Positions 11,966-24,579 of a stretch of DNA of 64,000 bases are shown here, piece after piece. Every line of letters starts with the position of its first letter. The stretch's first letter is position 1. The DNA is from a virus. Its lineage: Duplodnaviria; Heunggongvirae; Uroviricota; Caudoviricetes. Where the stretch lies: IMG/VR virus record IMGVR_UViG_3300022601_000011; one strand, 5' to 3'. Below the pieces are notes generated by a model that searched no databases, was not told the origin of the DNA, and saw only the letters and a list, made by a program, of their open reading frames with translations. Position numbers and translations under genes: made by a program.

Positions 11966-12189
11966 TACTCATTTCCTTCTTTCTATTTTAATTCTTCCCA
12001 ATTATCTGCAAGATAATCGGAAGTAATTGTAGACTTCCTTTTATGATGTAATTTTTTATTATATAAATAATAACCTTCGTCCGCAGTTAAAAGATAGAAG
12101 ATCTGAGCCGATGTTTCTGACATCGGCTCAGTAGTTACTACCACTTCATTGTTATCATTTACATATTGATATAATATAACTTTTTTCAT
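11965..12189 (-). CDS. small hypothetical protein (74 aa, code 15)
   Basis: Read-through of TAG 11983 gives a TAA at 11965 that overlaps the next ATG (TAATG). Confidence 0.7.
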
Positions 12190-12204
12190 AATAATACCTC
12201 TTCA

Positions 12205-15200
12205 TTAGCCATTAGGATTGTGTTTTATAATAACACCAGGAGAGGATTGAGTACATCCAAAACAAGTTTCAGAATTCCAAGGAGCACTATTTAAATCAAC
12301 AGATTTTGGAACCCAAATTTCCTTTACCCCTGACAAATATGAGAAAGCACTATCTGCTAAAATAATATTTGGATTTTCGATAATAAGGATACCAAGATTT
12401 TCATCTGCCAATTTTCTAAACATAAATGCGCCACCACCGATTGAGGTAACAGTCTTAGGAATTACATTAGCTGTCAACAAGCCTCCAGCACCATTTACAG
12501 AACTCATACCTGAAGTGCCGATAGAAGTAAGATTGCTTGGGAAATTATTGATATTTAACATTGGAGTATGACCGAAGCCAAAATCTTTAATTGTAGATAG
12601 TCTATTAGTAGAATCAATATCAAAATTCAAAACTAAATTACTACAATAATCAAATGAATACTAACCAATTGTAGTAACTAAACAATTGATAGTTTCGCCC
12701 TTGATCTTAAGATTAGTACAACGTTCAAAAGCGTAATCAGGGATTTGTGTGAGCTAAGTATTATTAATTGTAATTTCTCCTAAAGATTCACAAGACCTAA
12801 ATGCATTAGGACCTAATGATTCTAACTTATCAGGTAAAGCAGAAAAATTAATTGAAGAGCAATAAGCAAAAGCATTAGTGTCAATTTTTGTAACGCTATT
12901 CGGCAGTGACTTAAATGTTAAATTAAAACAATTCATAAAAGCTTGAATACCGATAAGTGATAATGAGCCAAGAGCAGACAAATCACAGAATTCAATATTC
13001 TTGTTTTCTGCCATAAAATTATTGCCGATAACCTTAATTGTATTTCCTTCTTCGAAGAAAATACGACGTAAGTTCTTAGGTTGCTAGTCGCCATACTCTA
13101 CTCTAACTAGACCAACAGGTTTTCCGTCATAAGTAGAAGGAATAATAATAGCCTCGTCTGCAAAGTCAGGTTTAATACCAATAGCGATTTCATCACTGGT
13201 AAGATAATCTACACCTTCACTAACACTCGCAGGTTTGAAGTAATCTCGACTAATTTCATCGCCTGTCATTTTGGATAAAGGTTTCTTTGTACCATATTGG
13301 GCGATGGTATTAAGCTCCATAACAATATTGTCGTAAGGAAGATTATAACCAATAAAAGGATAAGAGTAAGCAACTGTCTTATCGTTTTCGGGCAATTCAA
13401 GTTTCTGCGGATTCTGAGGAGGAGTCGCTGACTAACCATATTTTACACGCTCAACCTTTAATGGCTCACTATTTATACCATCGTAGAAACGAACAATATG
13501 AGTGTTCAAATCTGCGGCGTAAACTGGATAAAAATTAATTTCTTGGTCAGTACCAAATGCATCTATGTTCAATTCAAAACCATTAACTTTTTCTGCGGTA
13601 TAGGTATAATTATTATCTTCATCAATAGTATAAGATACTTTAATTGCGAGAGAATCTGCAATAGCTTGTTCTCTCTCGTCAGAAGTATAATCACGTTCAG
13701 AGAAATCTAATGGCTTCTCTAATCCCCAGCCACGGAAATCATAAATATACTGTGCTGTAGATTGTTTTACAAGAGGAGGCAAATGATTTGTTTCGTCATA
13801 ATTTTTTGGAACACGAGAAACTTCACCTGTTACTTCATCTACAATCTCATTATACTCTAAAACAACTGGAGTGAACCAAGATTCTAAATTCTCACTATAT
13901 GTAGCAATATCAGTAGCTTTAATTTTCTTTGAATAAGAATAAAGAATTTGTGATTGAGCATTATTAATATTAATAGAATAGGCTTTTGTACAATAATTAT
14001 TTTCTGTATACTTAAATTGTAAATTAGGGAATAAAATACTATACTTTTCATATAGTGTCAATTCATTAATACCATAATTATTGCCATTAAGAATAGTGAT
14101 AGTTCCTGCCAAATAGTCATTATTCATATCTGCTCTTGTAATATTGTTACCTGCAGTATTTAGACCATTTAAAGTGACCAAAATATCTAATAGTGGAATA
14201 TTAGTTAAAACATTATCTTTAAATACGCATTCATCTACGTCAAAAGTCCAATCTAAATCATCTAAGCGAATATTTAAAAGAGAGCTAACATCATTACCTG
14301 AACTAGCAGTATAAATAGTATTCTTAAACAAAGTCTTAGAATCAACAAGAGGACAATTAGTAATATGCATTTTTGCTAATCTACGATAGCTCTCAATGCT
14401 CAAATTTTCAGGATGATCTTTAGTATTAAAGAACAATTGGCCGTTCAAGGAGAGAGCAGTAGTGGAAGATGGCAATTCTATGTGCTATAAGTTTCCACCG
14501 GGATAGAAATTTACAGTAGTAATTGCTGAGCCTTTTGCATATACTTTTTGTAAATAAGGACAAGCAGACAAATCCAAAGCATCTTTAATACCGGAACAAT
14601 TTTCAATATTAATTTCCTCTAGGAATGGAACATTTGCTCCCTTCTCACCAATATTAAAAATATTTGCCGTACCAAGGTTCGGATTACTGAAATTACCTTC
14701 GTGAGAACCAAGAATTAATTTACGTAATTTTGTTGCCTTATTTAACTGGAACTTATTAAAGTATTTGGTAGAAAGGTCACCCAGTTCAACAATATCATCA
14801 AGACCATAGATATACATTTCTTGGTCAGTCGATGTCTCAAAAGGACTATCAACATGATAAGGCTGATTTGCATAAATTCGAACAGGACCAACAATATTTC
14901 CTTGAGCATAGTCAACAGTTACATATTGGTCTGCTAATGAAATGAAATCAAAGTCACCAGAGAACTTGGGCTTACCTGCGCCTTGTGCTAGGTCAGAATT
15001 CAAACGGAAGTTCAAACCAGAACCTGCAGAAGAGCCTAATACCTCTTGAGAATAATTATATTTAGAATCTAAATAATTAAAGCGCTTTTCTAACCAATAA
15101 TTACGATGCTGCGAACGAGTACCTTGAGCGGCATATAAATAGTTTGCAGCACTCTTCTTCTTAGCGCCTTCAATTTTTGCTGCTTCTTCAGCAGTAATAA

Positions 15201-18200
15201 TATTGCCTTCTGGATCGAACCAAACTTCATATCCGCTAACAAGAGGATCAATGTATTTATAATCGGCGTCTTCGTTAATATAAACTTCTTGCCAAGCGTC
15301 TGCTTGATCAGCGTTATAAGCTCTTAAAAGACGATTATAATTAAATACTCCACCTTTGCGTAATTTTTGATACATAGCTTTAATATCGCCAAAACGAGCA
15401 TCTCGATAATTACACCACAATACACTATATTGAGTAGCATCATAAGTACCTGCGGCATTAAAAGTATCAAGTTGATTATCCTCTTGGCTATATGGGAAAC
15501 GTAAGTTACCAGAGTTATCAACACCAAGCATTGTGTCCATATCATAGAAAATAGGCATCCAATGTCCAGTATTATTTTCTGGATCGGCATCAAAACATGC
15601 CATCATCATGTTCTTAGCACGAGAGTCAATCATAAGAAGAAACTCTGTAATGACATAATAGAAAGCAACAAAATCTGGAACAAAATATTCAGCAAATTCT
15701 AAATTAAATTTATTTAATCTGGCTTCTTGTTCTGCTTTAATAGCTTCAGGAGAAGTATCTTTTCCCTGTTCTGCTAATTCTTTTGCTACAACGTCAGGAT
15801 GTCTATTAGTAGATGCAACCCAGTTTAACATTCTTGCTAAAGTACGTTTATCAGTTGAAGCTTCCTCTTCATGTTCTGGATAACGAGATTCAAAAGCGCC
15901 TGTCCAGTCAGCATAAGGAGCATGATCTACTACAGTTTTTCCGGTATCATCTTTATGAGTTATTTCAACTTTATCTACTTCTTCATCCCAATATTCTCTA
16001 AATCCAACTAATGGACTAGTATTATTTAAGAACTCCCAACATTGAACACAAGTAACGCCTTCTTCTGCGCTCTTATATTCATACATTGGGCCAATAGCAG
16101 CTTGCTTACCAAATGCCTTTTCGCGGTCTTCTTCTGTAGCTTGAGTGAATTCAATTTTAGTGGATTCTAAGTTAGGTTCAGAATAATATACTTTTCCATC
16201 GGTAAATTCAAGAGCTGTATTAAAACCGTCTCTTAAAGAGCCATCCGCATTCTGTAAATAGCCCCAAGGTTTCTTCTGGGAACCATATGCCTCCATTTCG
16301 GATTCAAAACCGAATAATTCATGAGTAGCTTTATCTAAATTAAAATTATAACGACCTATATATTGATAACGATCCGGGAATTCTGCACTTGCTTTATATG
16401 GCTTATAGAAACAAACAATAGGATGTCCCAAAATCGCAGTTACAATTCTATTATCTGGATAAGCTGCCGCAGCAGGACTCTTTAATCCAATTGAATTATA
16501 AAGTTCATCCAAAATATTAGCAGTACCAGTATTATGAGCACTAGCAGATTCCATGTAGTCTGCTTTTAAAGTAAACAAGTTAACAGCGGGAAGTTTATCT
16601 TCTAAAGAATATTTAGCAATTTGATTCGGGTGATTGCCGTCATCCTTCTTGCGGAAATAAATACGCAAGTTCTTGACAGGATATTCCAGAGAGGAAGTAC
16701 CTTGAGCGTAGCAAGTAACAATTACTGGACTATCAGGAGTACCAATATTATATTTTTCACCACGAATTGGGTCAACATAATACATTTCCATGTGACGGAA
16801 GTCCTTTTTACCAGTTGGCAATCTAGATTCATCAGAAGTCGGGAATTCGCCGTCTTCAAAATCAGGGTCTTCCCAGCCTTCATCTTTCTTACTACCGGTA
16901 TCACGACCATCATAAAATACCATATAAGGAATATTGCCAAGCTTTATAACTTCTTCAAGGTCAATACCAGTTGTTCTATCTTCGAAGGTAGTTAAAACAT
17001 CATTCTATTTCCATTCTGCTGCTGCGTCAGTAGCAGAAGATTTATCTGCGATGCAGTTACGAAGAACATCATTTGGTCTCAATGAAGATTGATAAACTCT
17101 AATTGAATAAATATCAATATCCATATATGAAGAATCAAAAATAAATTCAGAATCGAAAATATTTTTATCTTTATCTTCAGATAAGTCAATAAATTGGTCT
17201 GTTTCTGTATAAGCAGATAGAGAAGAAGTAACACCATTTAAGAAAGTATAAAAAATACGAGGAGGAGTATCATTTACACTATTAATAACATAGGTTAAAT
17301 GAATACGTGTTCCTGCTTTGAACATCGTAGTCCATCCACTCATATCAGTAATTTTAGATTTTACCTAAGCAGAGTTCATCTGACTCTTATTACCATAAAT
17401 CTAAAAACCTACTTGGGTAATTTCTTCTTTGGTGCCATCATCTAATTCAGCTGTATAGTAAGAACGGCATTGAATACCAGGAGCCATTTCATCGCGCACA
17501 TTAGAAATCTTGAAATCTAATTCAATAGTACGACCTAAATTTTCTGCACCCAAACCGTTACTATCAGGTTTAAATGGAGAATAAGGAATAACTACTTTTG
17601 CGCCATTGGTAAGATGTAAACCTAAACCGTCTGGGCCTTCAATCCAACCATTAGTGTTCCAGTTAAAGTTAGAAAATTGTGCTTTTACTTCTCCACCATA
17701 ATACTTAGAAACCCAAGTATCTTTATCTTGGCTATTATTAGACTTACCTTTAGAGGTGAAGTATAACATTAATGATGGATCAGCAGTATTGATTACTGGA
17801 ACTTCTTCATCAAAAGATTCAACAATAATTGGAGTAAAGATTTTGGCATAATCGGTTTCATTTTGGTTTGAATCCAAATAAATAATTGATAAATAATAAG
17901 TTGCAGCTTTATCAAAAGTTACATTCCAATTATAGAATTCCTTATTATTGATTTCAACAATCATTTCTTCTCCGACTACGCGAGAGCCAAAGCCTTCATC
18001 ATATTCTGCTAACAATTTAACGTATGAAGTACTTGTTGCTCCATATGTAATCATGTAATCGATTTTAATTTTATCGTACTGTGTGGCAGAAGTAATACCT
18101 GAAGTGGCAGTAATTAGAGGAGAAGAAGCATTCGCATTATAAAATGGAATTTCGATTTGAATAGGAGGAGAAGTTAAATACTCTTCAGATTTAGGAATCT

Positions 18201-19200
18201 AACCTTGTAAATATACAGTTAAAGTATATTCGCCATGCTCTTGCTTTTTAATAGTTTTATTCGCAGAAGAGCCATTGTCAGCAGTGGTATATTCAATTTC
18301 TTTCGCAATAACAGAATCACTACCTGCTTGACGCAATTCATATACTAATGCGCGATTAGATAATTCTTGGCCTCCATATGGACGAACCTGGAAAGTAAAA
18401 TCGTTCTCTTGGGGTAAAATCATGCTACTACCAACAAGAGTAACATACATATCATAAACATATACAGTACAAGATACTGAAATGGAATTTTCATAATCAT
18501 CTTCTAATTGAATGGTAATTGTGTTGGCGGCATTCAATTTTAAAGTAGACATATATTCCGCAATGTTAACGATATTGGGTTCTTCTTGGCTAACTTCTGG
18601 GAAATAATCAACTTGTTTTCTGCCACTGCCCGTACCAACATACACTGTAGCACGAATACTTGCGCCATCTGCAGTAGAATAACAAGTATATTTCATTTGA
18701 ATATTCGCAGAAGTTTTAGTGGCATATAAGGTACGATCAGATAATAGCGTACGTGAAATATATCCACCGCCACCATCGGTTCCACCGCCGCCACCAGAAC
18801 CGGAAATTGTCAATTTAGTAGCTTCTACAGTAAGCTCTGTTTCATCTCGTCTTGTGACACGATAAAATGAGCCATCTTTTACGTTCAAAATTAGATCATC
18901 AATCTCAGGAAGTTCTTCTCCTTCTTGATCGATATGACCATCTAAAATGGAAAAGACATACAAATCAGCTGCAATTTCATCTTCTGTGAAAGTGCGATTT
19001 GCATAGTGAATACCAGTAGACCCACCAAAAGTAATTCTCTTATTATAGTTATTTGCTTCGCTGTCTGTAAAATTACAGTCAAGCATTATCTATTTTGTAT
19101 CTGTCGCAAAAAACAATCTTCCATCTTCAATTCCCTAAAAATTGTCAATGGCAGATTTAGAGCCTTTGAAAAATCTTACTGGAGAATCCATAATGCCCAT
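12205..19200 (-). CDS. giant multidomain virion protein with CotH-like kinase domain and C-terminal BspA-type LRRs (~2,331 aa, code 15)
   Basis: Eight supplied ORFs share one frame separated by TAG; motifs FTLKADYMES, YIGRYNFNLDK, DSRAKNMM, PIFYDMDT; LPNSVTKIDTNAF-type repeats; ends TAA TGA. Confidence 0.75.
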
Positions 19201-19230
19201 TTAGAGTCCTCCTTTTTTTCTTATTTATAT

Positions 19231-19269
19231 AAAAATAAAGGCGGATATTATTAGTTAATATCCGCCTTT
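19231..19269 (-). terminator. intrinsic terminator
   Basis: 14-bp stem AAAGGCGGATATTA/TAATATCCGCCTTT with a T-rich tail. Confidence 0.75.
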
Positions 19270-19277
19270 CTTATTAA

Positions 19278-20951
19278 TTAAAAAGTATCCCAAGTCAAAA
19301 CAGCATTGATAGCTTCAATGTTGGTATTGATAGTATTGATAGAACCAGTGTTAGCCTGGATAGCGTCTTCTGCTTTGCCAAGATCGGTATAAGTGGTGGC
19401 ATCGCCTTTAAGTTCATTCTTAAGTGCAGTATCAGCAGCTGCGAATTCGCCACGGATAGTAGTATCAGCAGCTTCAAGAGCGTCAATATCAGCTTCTGCC
19501 TGAGTCATGCGGGCCTGAAGGTCATCGATATCAGCTTCTGCGCCTTCTACACGACCATTAGTTGCATTTAAATTAGTCTGAACCTGGGCGGCGGCTGCAG
19601 AAGCAGCAGCTGCGTCAGCAACGCCTTTATCAGCCTGAGCCTTAGCTGCGATAATAGCATCTTCAGCCTTGCCAAGATCGGTATAGGTCTCAGCATCACC
19701 AATAAGTGCTTCTTCAAGATCAGAAACGGCCTTTTCGGCAGCCTGTTTGTTAGCATCGATTTCAGCATCTAAGCCTTCAATTAAAGTATCTTGAGAATTG
19801 TTCTTAGATTCAACGGCATCAAGACGGCTTACAAGAGAACCAACACCTGCGGTATCATTCTTAATCCAAGCAGCAATTTCTTCAAGAGTGTCAATATCAG
19901 AAGCGTCGTTATCATTTAAGATTTTAGCAACTTCCTGAGCTACTTTATAATCTACAGAACCTTCAGTCTTGTCATCACCATTTAAGGTATTAACAGCAGC
20001 CTGAAGATCGTCGATATCAGCTTCTGCTCCGTCCATACGAGTCTTAAGACCGCTGATTTCACCTGCGTTAGCATCGGCATCTGCCTGAGCATCATCAGCA
20101 GCTTGTTGTGCAGCATCTGCGGCGGCTTGTGCGGCTGCGGCGGCTTTATTAGCACCAGAAACAGTCGCAGAGCCTGCTGCACTATTAGCATCACCAAGGA
20201 TTTCTTCTTTTAGATCTTCAATCCTCTCGTCAACACTGCCACCTTCGCCAATAGCTGTCTGTAAAGCATCAATATCAGCTTCAGCAGTATCCATGCGAAG
20301 ATTAGTAGCATTTAAGTTGCTCTGAACGCCTTCTGCATAAGTTTTTGCAGCAGCAGCATCTGCGATACCTTGATCAGCAAGAGCATCAACTGCATCAATT
20401 TTTGCCTGAAGGTCTGCCTTAGCATCAGCAACAGCCTTAGCAACAGAACCTTCGCCTGTGCCCTTTAAAGTTGTAATGTCAGCCTGAACGCCTTCCATCT
20501 TGGTTTCAAGAGTGGAAACGCGAGTCTGCATAGTGCCGAGTTCTTCAGAAGTTGCAACATTCTGAGTGGTAAAGGTAAGAACCTTTGCACCAGTTTCAGG
20601 GTCAACAGTTGTAGTGGCACCAGCAAGAACATTGCCACCACCAGTAACATTAACCTTGGTTAAGCCAGCAGCATTAAGCTGAACCCACTTGCTAGAGGCT
20701 TTATCCCAACGAGCAAGAACATTTTCAGCTTTTGCATAGTAAAGAGCAGATTCATAAGCATGACCTGCAGTAGGAAGAGAAGCAACGTTAGCAACAGTTA
20801 CAAAATCACCGAAGCGAACACGGCTACCATTAACGTCTAAATAAATTGCACCTTCGTCAGTGGTGAACCATAAAGAACCATTAACAACAGACTGATTAAC
20901 GAGGGAGGCTAAACTACCCTATCTAAAACGAATGCTATCAGTTAAAGCCAT
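19278..20951 (-). CDS. Ala-rich coiled-coil fibre/whisker protein (557 aa, code 15)
   Basis: MALTDSIRFR*GSL...; one TAG at codon 11; long heptad region with internal duplications; ends LTWDTF TAA. Confidence 0.75.
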
Positions 20952-20981
20952 AGTTAAATATCCCCTTTTTCTTTTTTATTT

Positions 20982-22577
20982 TTAAATTTCTTCCCAAGTT
21001 AATGCCTCATCGATCTTATTATCAATCATAGAAGCGACATCAATCCATGCGCCTTCTGCGGACAAGAAAGAAGTGGCAGTAACAATATCATCACCAACAA
21101 CAGGTACAAGACCAATATTGGAGCCATCAAAAATTGGAAGAGCAACATTTTTTGAACCGTCTGGAGTAAGAGCAGTTCCATTAATGGTAATACCATTAAT
21201 AATATTTAATTCGCCAGCGCCAGAATTAATTTCTAAATCATTAATTCTATTCTGTAAAGATTCAACAGCTGGGAACAATACAGTAATTGTAGAACCTTCA
21301 GAAGGAGCGCCAACTCTAGAATTTATATTACCAAGTGTAGTTTCAAGAGAACCAACTTTAGTATCAAAAGCAATATCTGCAGCTTCAAGAGCCTCAATTT
21401 TACCATTTACAGTTTCAAATTGAGAAGTAAATGTTTCATCCGCAGTTTCAAGGGCTTCAATCTTGCCATTTACGGTTTCAAATTGAGAAGTAAATCCTCT
21501 ATCAGCTTCTTCAAGAACATCAATTTCGCCATCGATACGCTCGATAGCACCATTAATTTCTTCGATATCAGAAGTATGTCCTTCAATAATACCTTCAGCA
21601 ATATCAAGAGCATCTTGAACTTCTTTAACTTCATCATCAACATAAGTCTTAGTCGCATAAGAACTTAAATCAACAACGAAACCAAGTTCAACCCACTCTT
21701 CACCATTGCTAGCATATTCAAGATCACCAACTTGATATACATGACCTACATTTTCAGCAGAAGCAGCAGGAAGTGCATCAACACTTTCGGCTTCGCCCTT
21801 AAAATGGAATACTCCACTTACAAGACCATCAACTTCTTCTTTTGTATAGGTATTTTCAATAGCTCCTTGAACAGCATCCATTTCACTTTCAAGAGTTGCT
21901 ACTTTATCAACAAGACCTTCGACAGCTTCTTCACCGTCGGTGCCATAAAGAGTATCATTGATAGAATCAATTTTCTCTTCAGCTTTTACGAGGTTTTCTT
22001 CAACTGCGTCAATATCTTGTTGAGCCTATTCGACATCGCCTTGAATACCAGTTACCTAATCTTGTACTCCTTCAATAGTAGTAGGATTGGGTTCGTACCA
22101 AGCGATATTACCTTCGGCATCAATGCGAGGTTGTAAACCGGATTTCCAAGGGTTGCTTTCAGAAACTTCAACAAGTTCATATTTAGCTTCTTCAGTTTCT
22201 GTAGCTGCGATGTATTTATAAAAACGCTTGCCGAAATCCTTTACAGAAAGAACGCCTTCGACAAGTTCAATAGATTTACCATCGCCGTCAGTGGCAGAGC
22301 CAACCTCTTGAAGAGTTCCTACAACAGAACCATCTTCTTGAGCTTCAGGAGCGATGATATATAATTTCGCACTCTAAGGTACGTTATCTACCATTTCGGC
22401 AACAGCAATTTCTTGGCCGAAATAATATTTAGTAGTAGTGTCGCCTGCTGGCTTTGCGGTTAACGCAGCAGCAAGAGCGAGGTCATAACTTTCAAAATAG
22501 CTATTCGCGTTAAGCGGGAATGCCGCAGTCGGGGCGAAAGCTATACTTCTATTACCTTTACCAAAGTTTAAAGCCAT
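20982..22577 (-). CDS. coiled-coil fibre-like protein (531 aa, code 15)
   Basis: ORFs 22374..22577 and 20982..21881 are in frame across TAGs; FHFKG...LP...GHVY motif; 21-aa tandem repeat; ends LTWEEI. Confidence 0.7.
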
Positions 22578-22591
22578 AACTCTCTTCCTCC

Positions 22592-23824
22592 TTACGCCTT
22601 AATTTTTACTTTGAAAGTATTTGTTGCGCCATAAGCGCCAGCAAAGTCTGTGCTAAATACTTTATAATCAATAGGATTATATCCATTAGCGCCAGCAACT
22701 TGAATTGTAGCTTTTGCTGTACCATCTTCTTTGGTGAAAGCACTAACGATATTAGCATTAGAGTCATTAACATCTAATACTTGATCTAAGTCTTTCAAGG
22801 TTGCTGGATAAGCAATCACAACACGCTGTGCATCAGCAGGAATTGCGATATCAAAGCTACCGCCATTAGCCAATGCTTTATTACTTGCTTTAAGTGTACG
22901 GATAGAATCAGAAGTGGAACCAGTTTGTACACCATCTACTTCCTTAGATGTATATACACCATAGAAAGAATTGCGGTAAGAACTAACAACAGTTACTTTA
23001 CCTGTTGCTGCACCCTCAGGAATTTGAATTCCCTCTTCCGCTGGATTACCCATATTGGTCACAGGCTCTGCACCAGCATCATATGTAGCAGTTGCGCTAA
23101 TAACATAACTCTTACCATCTTCAGCTGTTACATCAGCAAAAGATCCAGATGCTTCGCTAGAAGCATGAGGAGTACTTGCGTTATCAGTAATAGTCCAAGA
23201 GGTAGCTACAATACCAGTTTCAGGTCCATAAGTATAAGAACCTGGATTTAAAGTTGCGCTCCATTTTGGAGTAATAACACTACCAACTTCATAAGAACCT
23301 CTAGTGGAAGAAGTAACAGATACTGTTGGAGCAGTAGCTTCGGGCTGAAGCTCTTCAGCGAGAATGCTTACAAGAACATCATGAAGGCTCTTGCCTTCAG
23401 CTTTAATAGTAGCACTACCAGTCTCCGGAATGGTTACAACACCAATAGGAGCAGTAGCAGTTAAGTCATTGTGGAAATAAACATTTTTGGCACTATAATT
23501 GCCGTCCATGGCCTTCCAATTTCCATTCTCATCATAGATATAGGAAGTATATGAATACTTACCATCTGCGATAAGAGATTTTACGACAAAAATATCATCT
23601 TGGACTGCGGGTTGACCGTTCAATACACGTGCGATAACGGCCATATCATCTGCGTCATCAACAGTAAGTTCACCTTCAAAGTGACTGCCGCGGGCAAGAT
23701 TAACAGCACCACGATAAATTTCGCCAGTGTCAGTTAAGAAATAAAGAGCATGTTCATCCTTAGTAGCTAAAGCGTCATATTGAGCTCTAGTACCGTACTT
23801 AAATACTACAGGAATTTTAGCCAT
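22592..23824 (-). CDS. putative tail fibre/structural protein (410 aa)
   Basis: N-terminal FKYGTRAQYDAL..KDEHALYFLTD fibre module; beta-rich C-terminus; no TAG. Confidence 0.65.
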   Translation of the reverse strand: MAKIPVVFKYGTRAQYDALATKDEHALYFLTDTGEIYRGAVNLARGSHFEGELTVDDADDMAVIARVLNGQPAVQDDIFVVKSLIADGKYSYTSYIYDENGNWKAMDGNYSAKNVYFHNDLTATAPIGVVTIPETGSATIKAEGKSLHDVLVSILAEELQPEATAPTVSVTSSTRGSYEVGSVITPKWSATLNPGSYTYGPETGIVATSWTITDNASTPHASSEASGSFADVTAEDGKSYVISATATYDAGAEPVTNMGNPAEEGIQIPEGAATGKVTVVSSYRNSFYGVYTSKEVDGVQTGSTSDSIRTLKASNKALANGGSFDIAIPADAQRVVIAYPATLKDLDQVLDVNDSNANIVSAFTKEDGTAKATIQVAGANGYNPIDYKVFSTDFAGAYGATNTFKVKIKA

Positions 23825-23847
23825 TTATTTTTCACCCCTTCAAATAA

Positions 23848-24177
23848 TTATATTGATTCCCAATATTGATTATCATCCGCGGGTTGTTCTGATTCAGAAG
23901 TAACACCTTCCCAGTATTCTCCTCCATCGAGTCCTGCGGTGATATCATATGAATCAGGATTCTCTAAATCCTAATCGTTGGTCCAGGAAATTACTCCGTC
24001 AACCACTTTTGGTGTATAAGTCGCACCATCAATAATACCAAGATTTTTCTTGGTTCCATCAGAAAGATAGATAATTAAGTTGCGATTTTCATCAAATTCA
24101 ATGGTTGCGATTCCAACTCCTGAGGAACCTCCACCGGAGCCACCTGATATGCCAACGCCTCCATAAAAGCTTGCCAT
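23848..24177 (-). CDS. small fibre-associated protein (109 aa, code 15)
   Basis: GVGIATIEFD..NLIIYLSDGT..NLG...TYTPKV.DGVISWTND*DLENP; ends YWESI TAA. Confidence 0.65.
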
Positions 24178-24233
24178 ACTCAACAAACTCCTTCCTGTGG
24201 TCGTCTTATAATTTCAAAAGAAGTTCGAGTAGA

Positions 24234-24518
24234 TTAATAAACATAGTCCACTAAAGCTTCAGTATCTTCAACGAAATAAAGTTCTTTAACGCTAACAGTG
24301 CGGTCTAATTCGTAAATACCGGTTGCGCCAATACGCAAAGTCTGTCCATTGATAACAAACTTTGTGCCGATAGGAGCTTGAATGCCAAGCTTTACCAAAC
24401 CTTTAAAGTCATAAAGCTTATGCTTTTCACGAATTAGTGTAATAAGATCTTGATTAGCAGCAAATTCTGCGTCAAGCTGACCAACATGGCCAGAATAATA
24501 ACCATGACTATTAACCAT
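24234..24518 (-). CDS. small structural protein, paralogue of 29154..29492
   Basis: ATG at 24518 has SD AAAGGAG; KLGIQAPIGTKFVING..IGATGIYEL. Confidence 0.7.
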   Translation of the reverse strand: MVNSHGYYSGHVGQLDAEFAANQDLITLIREKHKLYDFKGLVKLGIQAPIGTKFVINGQTLRIGATGIYELDRTVSVKELYFVEDTEALVDYVY

Positions 24519-24537
24519 TGTTATTTCTCCTTTACTC

Positions 24538-24569
24538 AAAAAATAAAGGGCAGAATAAATCTGCCCTTT
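24538..24569 (-). terminator. intrinsic terminator
   Basis: AAAGGGCAGA/TCTGCCCTTT stem followed by ATTTTTT on the minus strand. Confidence 0.7.
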
Positions 24570-24579
24570 TGTTTATGTA

